Assembly: GCA_046538485.1 (NCBI GenBank)
Contig: JBKHIT010000003.1
Span: 83,199-147,198 of the forward strand
Reading direction: 5' to 3'
DNA: 64,000 nt
Origin: Candidatus Brocadiia bacterium
Lineage (GTDB): Bacteria > Planctomycetota > Brocadiia > SM23-32
The notes beneath the pieces are model-generated. The model saw nothing but the letters and a program-made list of their open reading frames with translations. It made no database searches and was not told the DNA's origin. This document shows positions 8,183 through 18,461 of the stretch, in pieces (within the stretch, counting starts at the first letter, position 1; the number at the start of each line of letters is the position of its first letter). Both the position numbers and the translations under genes were made by a program.

Positions 8183-10153
8183 ATGGCAAAACGGGCAATA
8201 ATACTCGGCCTTGATGCGCTCGTTACGCCGATTCTGGAGCGGTTTCTGGAGGAAGAGGAGCTGCCGAATTTTGCGAAGTTGCTCGAACGCGGGTGTCTTA
8301 CTCGAATCCGGCCCACCGTACCGGCGCAGACGCCAACGAACTGGGCAACGATAGCAACAGGAGCCACGCCGGGAAACCATGGAGTTGTTACGTGGGGCTC
8401 TCATCTTCCGGGTGAACCGGTCTCCGAGGACCACAGGGAAGCTGCTTTCGCTGCCGGGTTGTGCCGGGCAGAATATCTCTGGGAAGCGCTTGCTCGGCAG
8501 GGACAAAAGAGCATTGTGATGAATTATGCGGGGTATCCGCCGACCACCGATAAAGCACTTTTCATAGACTGGTTGTATCAGCCAGTGCGCTCCTATTTTG
8601 ATCTCGCTCCACCGACGGTTTACCACAATTGTCCCGAACTCAACACGACTGACCCGATCGCAATACACCGTGCCGAGGATTGGATCAACCTTCCAGCTAG
8701 TTCCAGGCCTCACCTCGAGTTCAAAATGGAGGTTGTTCCGAGTACGGAAGGCAATGGCCCCCAGTATTACGGATTGATATTTGCGGAGAGGGAGAATTAC
8801 AATCGAGTTTTGGTCGCAGGGGATAAAGATGGGAGCGAACCCTGCGCTGTTCTTGCGACCGGGGAGTGGAGTGAATGGGTGAGAGAGGCTTTTGAATCGA
8901 TGGAGATGGGGCCTGTGGAGGGCGCATTCAAATTCAAGCTACTGGAACTTTCGGGAGACGGTCGCCGGCTTCAACTTTATCGCACCGATGTTTTTCCCAC
9001 TGATGGTCGGCATTTTAGCGACGAAGAGGTCGGTCGAAAAATAATTTCCGAGTGCGGGCCGTATGTTCATTCTGCCCAGACGTGCAGCCTGCATTGCCGG
9101 GGATGGGTTGACTGGGAGACCACGGACGAAACCATGAGAGCGGAAGCCGAATGGTGGGCGGATGCGGCGAAACGATGCGTGGAGGAAACGGGAGCGAGTT
9201 TGCTGATCTTGCACTGGCACAACCTGGATTCTATGGGACACACGTTTGTGCCCCGCGTGGACCCGACAGGTACGAGTTATGGTCCCGAAGCTGTTGAAGA
9301 AAATTGGGAAAATATACGCAATTACTATCGAGCAGCCGACCGTTTCGTTGGTGAGTTCCTCAGACGTTTTGACGACGGAGAGACGCTTTTCTGTGTTGTT
9401 TCCGACCACGGGATGCCGGCCAACAAAAAAGCCGTTTCTCTGATCAACTTTTTTAAGCAAAAAGACTGGATAAATATCGAAGATGGGGAAGTCAACTGGG
9501 CGAAAAGCAAATTATGGATTTCCCAGAATCACCTATGGATAAATCTTGAGGGCAGAAACGAGGGCGGAATTGTTCCGCAGGAGGATTACAAAAAGCTTCG
9601 CGGCAAAGTGCGCACCGCCATGAAAGACATCAAAGATCCCGAGACGGGACGACATGTTTTTTCTTTTGTGTTGCCGCGCGAAGATGCGCCGATGGTCGGC
9701 TTGTACGGTCAATACACCGGTGATCTCGTCTTTTGCTATGAGGGGGGATATCGCTGGACAGGACCAGAGGTGATTGAGATGGGTGAGGAAAGGGTTGTGT
9801 TCCCGTGTGGTGGGGGAAACCATGGCCCGATGGTCTGCACGTACGAAACGCAAACGACTTCGGTGATGGGTACGCTGATGTTGGCCGGGCCGGGAGTTCG
9901 GAGCGACTGTTGGATTCCTCGGGAGGAACAATTTGCATACTCCACAACGGATGTTGCACCGACTATCGCCGAAATACTCGGGGTGGAGCCTCCGGCTCAG
10001 AATGAAGGCCGAGTCCTGGGAGAATTTTTGACTGAGCGGGAGACCTCACGGCCCGATCGGTATCTTGAACCCCTCGGGCGCCCGTTGGTCTACCGCGATT
10101 CGGTCAAACCGCGCCCGAAAACATTGAAAGGCGATGTTACGGATGAGGAATAA
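8183..10153 (+). CDS. Alkaline-phosphatase superfamily protein (type I phosphodiesterase/nucleotide pyrophosphatase-like)
   Basis: IILGLDAL, PAQTPTNWATIATGA.PG.HG (Thr nucleophile), LDSMGH, VVSDHGM, GNHG, TDVAPTI; RBS ggaggg before ATG 8183. Confidence 0.85.
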   Translation: MAKRAIILGLDALVTPILERFLEEEELPNFAKLLERGCLTRIRPTVPAQTPTNWATIATGATPGNHGVVTWGSHLPGEPVSEDHREAAFAAGLCRAEYLWEALARQGQKSIVMNYAGYPPTTDKALFIDWLYQPVRSYFDLAPPTVYHNCPELNTTDPIAIHRAEDWINLPASSRPHLEFKMEVVPSTEGNGPQYYGLIFAERENYNRVLVAGDKDGSEPCAVLATGEWSEWVREAFESMEMGPVEGAFKFKLLELSGDGRRLQLYRTDVFPTDGRHFSDEEVGRKIISECGPYVHSAQTCSLHCRGWVDWETTDETMRAEAEWWADAAKRCVEETGASLLILHWHNLDSMGHTFVPRVDPTGTSYGPEAVEENWENIRNYYRAADRFVGEFLRRFDDGETLFCVVSDHGMPANKKAVSLINFFKQKDWINIEDGEVNWAKSKLWISQNHLWINLEGRNEGGIVPQEDYKKLRGKVRTAMKDIKDPETGRHVFSFVLPREDAPMVGLYGQYTGDLVFCYEGGYRWTGPEVIEMGEERVVFPCGGGNHGPMVCTYETQTTSVMGTLMLAGPGVRSDCWIPREEQFAYSTTDVAPTIAEILGVEPPAQNEGRVLGEFLTERETSRPDRYLEPLGRPLVYRDSVKPRPKTLKGDVTDEE

Positions 10154-10180
10154 CGTTATGAATGAGAGAGGAGAAGTTGG

Positions 10181-11182
10181 ATGATGCAAGAATTAGATCC
10201 GGATAGCGAACATTTTGCATGGGCCGGCGCGGTTTCCATCGAAAGGGGGAACGGTTGGGTGCGGCCCTGGCGTATACCGCATGAAAAACGCCAGCTTTTT
10301 TATCCCGACGTTTTGCAGCAGAAGGCTGCTATGCCGAGCGGGGTCCGGATTGCTTTTCGGAGCGATACGGCCGAAATCAGCGGGAAAATCGTACCTCAAC
10401 CCGATATGTCGCCCGTCGATTTGTGTGTGAACGGAGAATTCGTGGCATCGAGTGGAGTGTTGAATGAGAAGGAAGAGTTTAATTTCACAGGACTTGAACC
10501 GGAAGATAAAAAAATCGAATTATGGTTACCGATGTTTGGTGATTTCCGCATAAAATCCCTCTCCCTCGCCGAAGGTGCATTCATCACGGCGGCCCACGAT
10601 GACCGACCTCACTGGATTACCTACGGCAGTTCGATCACACAGTGTCGGCAAGCGGAATCTCCCACGCAGACGTGGCCGGCGATTGTTGCGATGGAGCGCG
10701 GATTGAACCTGACGTGTCTGGGGTTCGGAGGGCAATGCCATCTCGACCCGATGATCGCTCATATGATCCGTGATATGCCCGCCGACGTGATATCTTTCTG
10801 CATCGGTGCGAACATCTACGGGAGCGCGAGCCTGAATCCTCGGACCCTGCGTCCGGCGGTCATCGGGAGTGTCAGGACGATTCGAGAAGGGCATCCCCGG
10901 GTGCCGCTCGTGTTGGTGTCCTGTATCTATCTGCACGGAGTCGAAGGTCAGAAGAATGCGGTGGGATTTACTCTTCAGGAGATGCGTGAGGAAGTGCAGG
11001 CGGCGGTCGAAGTTTTGCGAGAGCTGGGCGATGAGAATGTATTTTACGTGGATGGCCAGAAGATGTTTGGTCCGGGAAATGCTGGTGAACAGCCGGACGG
11101 TGTGCATCCAAACGCTGAGGGATACAAGGTTCTCGGTAAGAATTATCTGGATGTGGTCGCTCGTGAATATTTCCCTGAGTAA
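10181..11182 (+). CDS. SGNH/GDSL hydrolase (esterase)
   Basis: Blocks YGSSITQ, LGFGG, IGAN and DGVHPN. Confidence 0.9.
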   Translation: MMQELDPDSEHFAWAGAVSIERGNGWVRPWRIPHEKRQLFYPDVLQQKAAMPSGVRIAFRSDTAEISGKIVPQPDMSPVDLCVNGEFVASSGVLNEKEEFNFTGLEPEDKKIELWLPMFGDFRIKSLSLAEGAFITAAHDDRPHWITYGSSITQCRQAESPTQTWPAIVAMERGLNLTCLGFGGQCHLDPMIAHMIRDMPADVISFCIGANIYGSASLNPRTLRPAVIGSVRTIREGHPRVPLVLVSCIYLHGVEGQKNAVGFTLQEMREEVQAAVEVLRELGDENVFYVDGQKMFGPGNAGEQPDGVHPNAEGYKVLGKNYLDVVAREYFPE

Positions 11183-11195
11183 TGAGGTCTGAGAA

Positions 11196-12353
11196 ATGCT
11201 CGGCGGAATTTTCCACAAAGACAAGAACGAATCTCCGGGTCCGTGGGATATAGACGCGCTGGAAGAACGGCCTTTCATCGACTGGATCGAGACAGAAGAT
11301 CGTATTAAGTCCCTTTACTATGCGAACGAGCCTTACCACGGGGAGGAAACCCGGATTTATGCGATGTATTCGTACCCCCTTGATGTCGAAGAACCAGTGC
11401 CGGGAGTTGTACTTGTCCACGGCGGAGGTGGCCGGGTGTTCCCGGAATGGGTGGAAATGTGGGAAGAACGAGGCTATGCAGCGCTGGCTATGGATCTCAG
11501 CGGTTCCGGGGCTGACGGAGAGAGACTCGATCGCGGGGCAGGCCCGGATCAGGGACATCAACAGAAATTTGAGGATATTCGCGACGGAATTGAAAACACG
11601 TGGCCTTACCACGCTGTTGCTGCCGTTGTCCGGGCTACCACTGTCCTCTCCCTCCAGCCGGAAGTCGATTCGGAACGCATCGGGATGACGGGCATATCCT
11701 GGGGCGGGTATTTGACCTGCATAGCGGCCGGGCTGGATGAGCGGGTGCGGGCAGCAGTGCCTGTTTATGGCTGCGGTTTTCTGCACGAGAGTAGCTGCTG
11801 GGTCCCGATTCTGGACGAGCTCCCTCAGTCTGAAAGGGAGACCTGGATCGAGAAATTTGATCCGTCTCACTACATCCGGCGAGCAAAACCTCCGATGTTG
11901 TGGGTAACGCATCCGACGGACGACGCCTATAAGTTGGACAGCCATCGCAAAAGTTATGAAGCCCAGCCGGGACCAAAAGCCCTCTCTGTCCAACCCGGGC
12001 TCGGGCACAGTCATGAGGCCGGATGGTCTCCGGATGAGATTGAACTGTTTTTTAATTCCCATTTTGGGAGCGAAGAACCGCTTCCAAGGATTGAATGGCA
12101 TAATCTGGATGAGAAAACCGTGGCGGTGTCGGTTGAGGCCATAACGACCGTAAAGGATGCGACTTTGTATTGGACGACTGACACCTGCGATTGGCCCGAA
12201 CGTGAGTGGTTTTCTGGGGAAGCGCGGGGAAGGGGGGCTATTTTTACGGCTGAGCTGCCCGAAGAGCGTCCGTTGAATTTTTTCATGAACGTGACCGATG
12301 AGCGCGGCGCAACGGTCAGCACGCCGTACCGAACATTTGAACAGAAATCTTGA
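11196..12353 (+). CDS. Alpha/beta hydrolase (acetylxylan-esterase/dipeptidyl-peptidase-like)
   Basis: LVHGGGG, GISWGG nucleophile elbow, PVYGCG, candidate Asp (TDDAY) and His (GHSH). Confidence 0.8.
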   Translation: MLGGIFHKDKNESPGPWDIDALEERPFIDWIETEDRIKSLYYANEPYHGEETRIYAMYSYPLDVEEPVPGVVLVHGGGGRVFPEWVEMWEERGYAALAMDLSGSGADGERLDRGAGPDQGHQQKFEDIRDGIENTWPYHAVAAVVRATTVLSLQPEVDSERIGMTGISWGGYLTCIAAGLDERVRAAVPVYGCGFLHESSCWVPILDELPQSERETWIEKFDPSHYIRRAKPPMLWVTHPTDDAYKLDSHRKSYEAQPGPKALSVQPGLGHSHEAGWSPDEIELFFNSHFGSEEPLPRIEWHNLDEKTVAVSVEAITTVKDATLYWTTDTCDWPEREWFSGEARGRGAIFTAELPEERPLNFFMNVTDERGATVSTPYRTFEQKS

Positions 12354-12381
12354 GGTTGACGATACGATCGAAGAGCTTTTT

Positions 12382-13020
12382 ATGAATCAGAATTCGTATT
12401 CCCCGGGCAAGAGCCGGATAGATCTTACTCTCAGCGAACTGAACCGGCGGCCCGAACTGGCTTCCGAGAAAGTTGCCGTTGGTGATAACCAATCTTATTG
12501 CCTGCGATTACTTCGATCCGATGACGAAGCGGCTCTTTTTTCGTATTTTGAACGTCTGGGGCCGGAGACGCGAAGCCGTTACGCTCCGCATCCTTTCGAC
12601 CGCGAGGCCGCGGGAAAAATCTGTCAGGAAATCGATTACCTGACAGATGCCCGAATAGTGGCGGTTGCTGAAGACGCGGACGGGAGAATCGATGGTTACT
12701 TTATCGTTCACTGGGGAGTCGGCGAAAACGAGCGCGAGCGTTTTTCAGATTACGGTATCAAACTTTGTCCGGCTTTGACCTGCATGGTGGCACCGTCAGT
12801 CGCCGACGAACAACAGGGACAGGGGTTGGGCAGCGCCATGATGGCCCACGTTTTTGATCTGGCCCGGCGGGTAATGCGACTGACTGTCGTTTTGCAGGGG
12901 GGTGTGCAGGCGAGTAATACTGTTGCGCGGAATTTCTACGCAAAATTCGGCTTCCGAAATGTCGGCATTTTTGAGGCCGCAAACCGGCAAAACTACGATA
13001 TGATGGTGGAGTTGCGGTGA
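12382..13020 (+). CDS. GNAT family N-acetyltransferase
   Basis: V..EQQGQGLGSAMM acetyl-CoA motif A and N..ARNFYAKFGF motif B. Start set at ATG 12382. Confidence 0.85.
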   Translation: MNQNSYSPGKSRIDLTLSELNRRPELASEKVAVGDNQSYCLRLLRSDDEAALFSYFERLGPETRSRYAPHPFDREAAGKICQEIDYLTDARIVAVAEDADGRIDGYFIVHWGVGENERERFSDYGIKLCPALTCMVAPSVADEQQGQGLGSAMMAHVFDLARRVMRLTVVLQGGVQASNTVARNFYAKFGFRNVGIFEAANRQNYDMMVELR

Positions 13021-13095
13021 TAAAGGACGGATGCCATAGATTCCCATCTGGCTGAGATTTAAAATAAATGAGAGGATACAGGGCTATAGACGAAA

Positions 13096-15117
13096 ATGGA
13101 CATAAACAAAACGGCAGAGACCTTGAGCCAACGGACGGGTTTTCGGAAACAGATTTCGGGCCCTGAACCGGATTCATATTTGACAGAATGGACAGATATG
13201 GCGGATAAAGAGCTGGGAAAAACCATCGTTGTCGATACTACCGAAAGTGACCATGCAAAACTACGGCCGGTCCCCGTTTCATCGGTACAATTGAACGACG
13301 AATTCTGGGCACCACGTCTCAGAACCAATCGCGAAGTGACGATACCGGACCAGTTTCGATCAATCGAAGAGAGCGGGCGATTGGATAACCTTCGTCGGGC
13401 CGGAGGACTGGCGGACGGTAAATTTGAGGGGATTTATTTCAATGATTCCGATATCTATAAATGGCTGGAAGCCGCCTGCTGGGAATTCGCTCGGGAGCCC
13501 GATGATGAGCTTAAACAGAAGATAGAGCAAACCGTATCGATTATCGAGCAGGCGCAGGAAGACGATGGGTACCTCAACAGTTACTTCACACTTATGTCTC
13601 CTGATAAACGTTGGGAAAACTTACGTGACCGGCACGAACTGTATTGCGCAGGACATATGATACAGGCAGCTGTGGCGCATCATCGAGCAACCAGCAGCGA
13701 CCGAATGCTGAACGTCGCCTGCCGATTCGCGGACCTGATTTGCGATGTGTTTGGTCCTGGAGAGGACCAAAGAAAAGGTGCTGCAGGCCACCCGGAAATT
13801 GAAATGGCATTGGTGGAACTTTACAGAACAACCGGGAATGAACGGTACCTCGAGCAAGCCAGATTCCAGGTGAGTTGCCGGGGGAAAGGAGTCGCGGGCG
13901 GCGATGTCTATCATCAGGATCACATACCGATTGCAGAGATGACACGTATGGTCGGTCACGCGGTTCGGGCCGTATATCTCAATGCGGGTGTTACGGATAT
14001 TTATACTGAAACTGGGGCGGAAAGTTTCATAACGGCGCTGAACAAAATGTGGAAGAACATGGTTACACGGCAGATGTATGTAACCGGTTCCCTCGGGTCG
14101 CGCTATAAAGGTGAGGCATTTGGGCGTGATTATGAGCTGCCCAACGAACGAGCCTATGCGGAATCCTGTGCTGCTATTGCCAGCATTATGTGGAATTGGC
14201 GGATGCTGATGCTGGAGGGCGATGCGAAATATGCTGAGGTGTTGGAGCGCATCCTCTACAATGGTTTCCTGAGCTCAATTTCACTGGATGGAACTCGCTA
14301 CTTCTATCAAAATCCTCTTGCCGACGATGGCACACACCGCCGGCAAGAATGGTTTTCGTGCGCCTGTTGTCCGCCAAACATTGCGAGGATGTTGTCCTCT
14401 TTGCCAGGCTACTTTTACAGCACATCGCAGGACGGAGTTTGGGTCCATCTTTTTGCGGGGAACAGTGCAAATCTGGAATTGCCTGACGGGACCGACGTCA
14501 GTCTGACTCAGCGAACGCGGTATCCCTGGGAGGGACTAATTGAGATCGGGGTGTGCGGAGAGGGCGTTTTCAGCGTTTATGTGCGGATCCCTGAGTGGGC
14601 AGGGAATGAGGCCGAGTTGACGGTCGGCGAGGATCCCAATCCGCGTTACGTAGAGGGTGGGGAATATACGGAGGTCCGGAGAGATTGGTCCGACGGGGCG
14701 GTTATTGCGGTAAATTTGCCCATGAAAGTTTTTCGCGTTGTGAGTCATCCGTACGTTACCCAGAATGTCTGTCGGGTGGCCTTAATGCGAGGGCCTTTTG
14801 TTTACTGTTTTGAACAAGTCGATAATCCCAATATTGATCCTCGCGAGATCGTTCTACCGGGGCCGGGAGGGGTTGTGGAGACCTCTTACGAGGACAAAAC
14901 ACTCGACGGGATTGTCATTTTGCGCACTGAAATTGGTTTGGTCCCCGCCGGCGAACTCTGGGAGAATCGCCTGTATCGTCGACGAAACATCTCGGACGGA
15001 GAGGCGACGACGATCGGGCAGGATATGCGGGGCGGTATCGAGATGACAGCGGTGCCTTATTTCGCCTGGGGGAACCGTGAGCCAGGACGTATGCAGGTCT
15101 GGTTGCGATCGAGATGA
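13096..15117 (+). CDS. GH127 beta-L-arabinofuranosidase family glycoside hydrolase
   Basis: FNDSDIYKWLEA, HELYCAGH, GHAVRA.YL, ESCAAI, CACCPPNIAR, RGPFVYC, VPYFAWGNR. Confidence 0.93.
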   Translation: MDINKTAETLSQRTGFRKQISGPEPDSYLTEWTDMADKELGKTIVVDTTESDHAKLRPVPVSSVQLNDEFWAPRLRTNREVTIPDQFRSIEESGRLDNLRRAGGLADGKFEGIYFNDSDIYKWLEAACWEFAREPDDELKQKIEQTVSIIEQAQEDDGYLNSYFTLMSPDKRWENLRDRHELYCAGHMIQAAVAHHRATSSDRMLNVACRFADLICDVFGPGEDQRKGAAGHPEIEMALVELYRTTGNERYLEQARFQVSCRGKGVAGGDVYHQDHIPIAEMTRMVGHAVRAVYLNAGVTDIYTETGAESFITALNKMWKNMVTRQMYVTGSLGSRYKGEAFGRDYELPNERAYAESCAAIASIMWNWRMLMLEGDAKYAEVLERILYNGFLSSISLDGTRYFYQNPLADDGTHRRQEWFSCACCPPNIARMLSSLPGYFYSTSQDGVWVHLFAGNSANLELPDGTDVSLTQRTRYPWEGLIEIGVCGEGVFSVYVRIPEWAGNEAELTVGEDPNPRYVEGGEYTEVRRDWSDGAVIAVNLPMKVFRVVSHPYVTQNVCRVALMRGPFVYCFEQVDNPNIDPREIVLPGPGGVVETSYEDKTLDGIVILRTEIGLVPAGELWENRLYRRRNISDGEATTIGQDMRGGIEMTAVPYFAWGNREPGRMQVWLRSR

Positions 15118-15170
15118 GTTTTTGCTTAAATCCCGAATTAGAATTGTAATAACGAAAGGTTTTGAAATAC

Positions 15171-16487
15171 ATGTCTCTACCGAATATTCTGTATCTCCAT
15201 TCTCATGACACGGGTCGTTACATTGAGCCGTTTGGTCACGATATTCCTGCACCTAATTTGAGCCGTCTGGCAAAAGAGGGAGTGTTGTTTCGCCAGCTGC
15301 ACTGTTCTTGTCCAACGTGCTCTCCGAGTCGAGGGGCGATGCTTACCGGCCAGAGCGCGCATTCTTCAGGTATGCTCGGGCTTGCGCACCGCGGATTCAG
15401 GCTTAACGATTACAGCCAACATATTCTGAGCACTTTGCGGGGAGCTGGCTATCACAGCAGTCTGATCGGGGCGCAGCATATCGCCGAGGATGCCGATTCG
15501 ATTGGATACGATGAAATCGTCGATATAGAGCCCGGGGGTGGCGAGGCGATTTGTGAGGGGGCGGAATCATTTTTTGAGAATCCGCCAGAAGAGCCCTTCT
15601 TTGTATCCGTAGGGTATGCGACTACACACAGGAAGTATGCAGAACCCAGCGGGAAGGGCGCCGAGGACCCGCGTTATTGTTGTCCGCCGCCGCCATTGCC
15701 AGATACACCGGAGACGCGTTATGACATGGCCAGCTACAAAGCTTCAGCGCGAAAACTGGATGCGGAGATGGGGCGGGTCTTGAAAGCTCTCGATCAAAGT
15801 GCCGTAGCAGACGAGACGCTGGTTATCTGCACAACAGACCACGGAATTGCTTTCCCCTATATGAAATGTAACCTGACGGATCACGGGACGGGCGTTTTTA
15901 TGATCATGCGCGGACCGGGCGGCTTTGAGGGTGGCCGTGTGCTGGATTCTTTGCTCAGTCATGTTGACCTTTTCCCCACGCTGTGCGATCTGCTTGAAAT
16001 TCAGCCGCCAGATTGGCTGGAAGGCAAATCCTTCATGCCGATCATCCGGGGAGAGACGGAGGAGATCAACGATGCCATCTTCACAGAAGTGACTTTCCAC
16101 GCGGCATACGAACCGCAACGAGCAGTGAGAACCCGGCGGTTCAAATACATCCGCCGTTTCGGGGAAATGGCGAACAGAAGGGTTCTGGCTAACTGTGATG
16201 GTGGCCCGAGCAAAAACGTATGGATTGATTCCGGATGGGCCGACAGACCTGTTGATGAGGAACAACTCTACGACCTGACTTTCGATCCTGCAGAGACGAA
16301 CAATCTTGCCGGGGAGGAAGAGATGGGCGAGGTGTTGGATGAAATGCGGGGAAGACTGGATCGCTGGATGGAAGAGACGGACGATCCTTTGCTTGAAGGA
16401 GAGGTGCCGCCGCCTCCGGGAGCCTGTGTCACCCCGCCGGATTCGGTATCCGCGGGGCAAAACGTGCGCACAGTACCGAAGGAATAA
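15171..16487 (+). CDS. Sulfatase (Cys-type, formylglycine-dependent)
   Basis: NILYLHSHDTG, CSPSRG (CxPxR), TTDHG, SHVDLFPT, QLYDL..DPAETNNLA. Confidence 0.93.
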   Translation: MSLPNILYLHSHDTGRYIEPFGHDIPAPNLSRLAKEGVLFRQLHCSCPTCSPSRGAMLTGQSAHSSGMLGLAHRGFRLNDYSQHILSTLRGAGYHSSLIGAQHIAEDADSIGYDEIVDIEPGGGEAICEGAESFFENPPEEPFFVSVGYATTHRKYAEPSGKGAEDPRYCCPPPPLPDTPETRYDMASYKASARKLDAEMGRVLKALDQSAVADETLVICTTDHGIAFPYMKCNLTDHGTGVFMIMRGPGGFEGGRVLDSLLSHVDLFPTLCDLLEIQPPDWLEGKSFMPIIRGETEEINDAIFTEVTFHAAYEPQRAVRTRRFKYIRRFGEMANRRVLANCDGGPSKNVWIDSGWADRPVDEEQLYDLTFDPAETNNLAGEEEMGEVLDEMRGRLDRWMEETDDPLLEGEVPPPPGACVTPPDSVSAGQNVRTVPKE

Positions 16488-16565
16488 GTATCCTCCCGAA
16501 ATTCGCGCGGTTTCTCAGCCGTGTGCCGCCCCCATTTATCGTCGGTCTCTGCAGTTGCTGCCTCG

Positions 16566-18137
16566 TTAATCAATTGTTTTCAAACAATGATCCCAGGGCA
16601 GGGGAGTTTTAGATTTGAGAGCTTGAAATTCCGGGCAGTGAAGCATGAGAGCGCCGGAGGTATTGTTACGGTGGAAACAGCTTACGATTTGAGCGCCCGC
16701 GCCGAGGAGCAGCCGATCGCGGAGCTGCCTGACTCCTTCGTCGTCTTCGACAAGATTCAGGTAATGATCGCAAATTTCATACATATTCCCGGCGGCCCAT
16801 TGCGATGTTCGCGTCGGTACGAAAGCTGTTTGCCCGGTTACGGCGCCGTTTGTGCGCGTCAGGAACGTGAAAGCGCTGCGCAGACCTGTTTCAAGCTGAG
16901 GCAAGACTTGTTCCGCCAGGTCATGGCTTTGTTCGCAGAGTGATCGAGCCATTGTCAGCGCGGGCAAGAGCCCGTTGATGATATTGAGATTGCCGCACCA
17001 GATGTGGCATTTTCCTTCGACCAGGCAGCCGGAATCGTACCAACCCTCATTTGATATGACTTCGCCTGCGAACTCAGCGGCGGTGGAGAGAAGCTTGCCT
17101 TGAGCGTCCGGGCTAAAGAACAGTCCGTGCTCGGCTTTATGGGCGAGACAGTACCAGGTCATACCCGCGAGGATACGTCCGTCGTATACGCGACATTGTC
17201 CTGCGCAACCGGGTTCCAGTGGCAGATCAAGCTGATATCGGAACATTTCTCCGGCCGTGTGGAGTATTTCCCGGGCGTAATCTTTGTTGTCTCCAGGCCC
17301 GAACCGGAAATAGAAATACATTTGGGCCAGAAACTTCAGCGCGAGAGCGTCCTGTTGTCGTGAATGTCCCAGGGGGGAACGCTCATTTTCGACATCGGAG
17401 ACTGCGGCCAGGCGCCCATCCCCGACCCACATTACGTTTTGGATGGTGTGGATGATTCTGTGCAGAGTTTCTTCGCAATAAGTTGCGCGTTCCGGCTCTC
17501 CAAGGGTGTGATAAACATGGGCGGCGAACAGAAATCCCAATCCGCCATCGTGTTGAAGTTCGGGCCAGGTTTTTTCTTCTGTGACAAATTCGCGGCGGAA
17601 TTTAGCGGCGGCCTCATCTGAAAACGGGTCGATGGAAGGAGGGAGCGCGTCTCGATAGCATTTGTAATAGATTCCGTACTGTCTATCGAAGGCGAATTCG
17701 GCTCGTGCGAGGTTGTAGCTTGCTCGTGCATGTTCCGGACTTTCGCCGGGGAAACGGACGTAAACGACGGCGCTGCCGACCTCGTTTTGTGCAAGACTTT
17801 GTTTTTCCACCATAACGTCTACCATGAGATGCCAGCATCCCGGTTCGAGTTTCAGGGTTTTTTGGGGGAGCAGCAGTTGATAGGAGCCGGGACCATTTTC
17901 ACGGAATTGGTCCATAAGGTGGTCGAGTTCATCTATGTTATTACTATAGAGAGCTTTTGTTGTTTCAGAGAAGATTTCGTGGGCGGTAAGAACAAATTCA
18001 GCATTTTCAGGAAGGTCTGTGTTCCACGTCATTTTTACAGCCATACACAGAGGGGTATGTTCCGTCAGTATTGAGGGAACGAAGTCGGTATGACTGTGTA
18101 TAAGTTCGCTCTGGATTTTAAAGCCAGCCGCATTCAT
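16566..18137 (-). CDS. Hypothetical protein (~523 aa); N-terminal beta-rich part plus helical, possibly (alpha/alpha)n-barrel part
   Basis: Long ORF with RBS agagga before ATG 18137; no family motif recognised. Confidence 0.7.
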   Translation of the reverse strand: MNAAGFKIQSELIHSHTDFVPSILTEHTPLCMAVKMTWNTDLPENAEFVLTAHEIFSETTKALYSNNIDELDHLMDQFRENGPGSYQLLLPQKTLKLEPGCWHLMVDVMVEKQSLAQNEVGSAVVYVRFPGESPEHARASYNLARAEFAFDRQYGIYYKCYRDALPPSIDPFSDEAAAKFRREFVTEEKTWPELQHDGGLGFLFAAHVYHTLGEPERATYCEETLHRIIHTIQNVMWVGDGRLAAVSDVENERSPLGHSRQQDALALKFLAQMYFYFRFGPGDNKDYAREILHTAGEMFRYQLDLPLEPGCAGQCRVYDGRILAGMTWYCLAHKAEHGLFFSPDAQGKLLSTAAEFAGEVISNEGWYDSGCLVEGKCHIWCGNLNIINGLLPALTMARSLCEQSHDLAEQVLPQLETGLRSAFTFLTRTNGAVTGQTAFVPTRTSQWAAGNMYEICDHYLNLVEDDEGVRQLRDRLLLGAGAQIVSCFHRNNTSGALMLHCPEFQALKSKTPLPWDHCLKTID

Positions 18138-18461
18138 TGAGTTTCCTCTGGTTTCTGGTAAGAAGCGCCCGGCATGTCGGACTAACACTATGTCGTACCC
18201 GAAAGACTTTTCGGGCGGGCCGGGCTGGAATCAAGGTTACGTTCGGACGTGTTGAGGTTACATATTTTGGGGAGTATGGTCAATTCAGTTAAGTCCTGCC
18301 GGACCGGATCGTAAGGGTTTGTATTGTTCATTATGGTGGCTCTCACTTGCAAAAAAATCCCTTAGAACGTATAAACATTATCTCACAATTGACCATAAAG
18401 TTTGTGGATACGGACGCGCGGCACCGATTTCCTATTCGTTCAACCGGTCAGGGGTGCAAGC

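Noticed and set aside
18337-18351. TGGCTCTCACTTGCA as a sigma54 promoter
   Set aside because: GG-to-GC spacing is 9 nt, not the strictly required 10.
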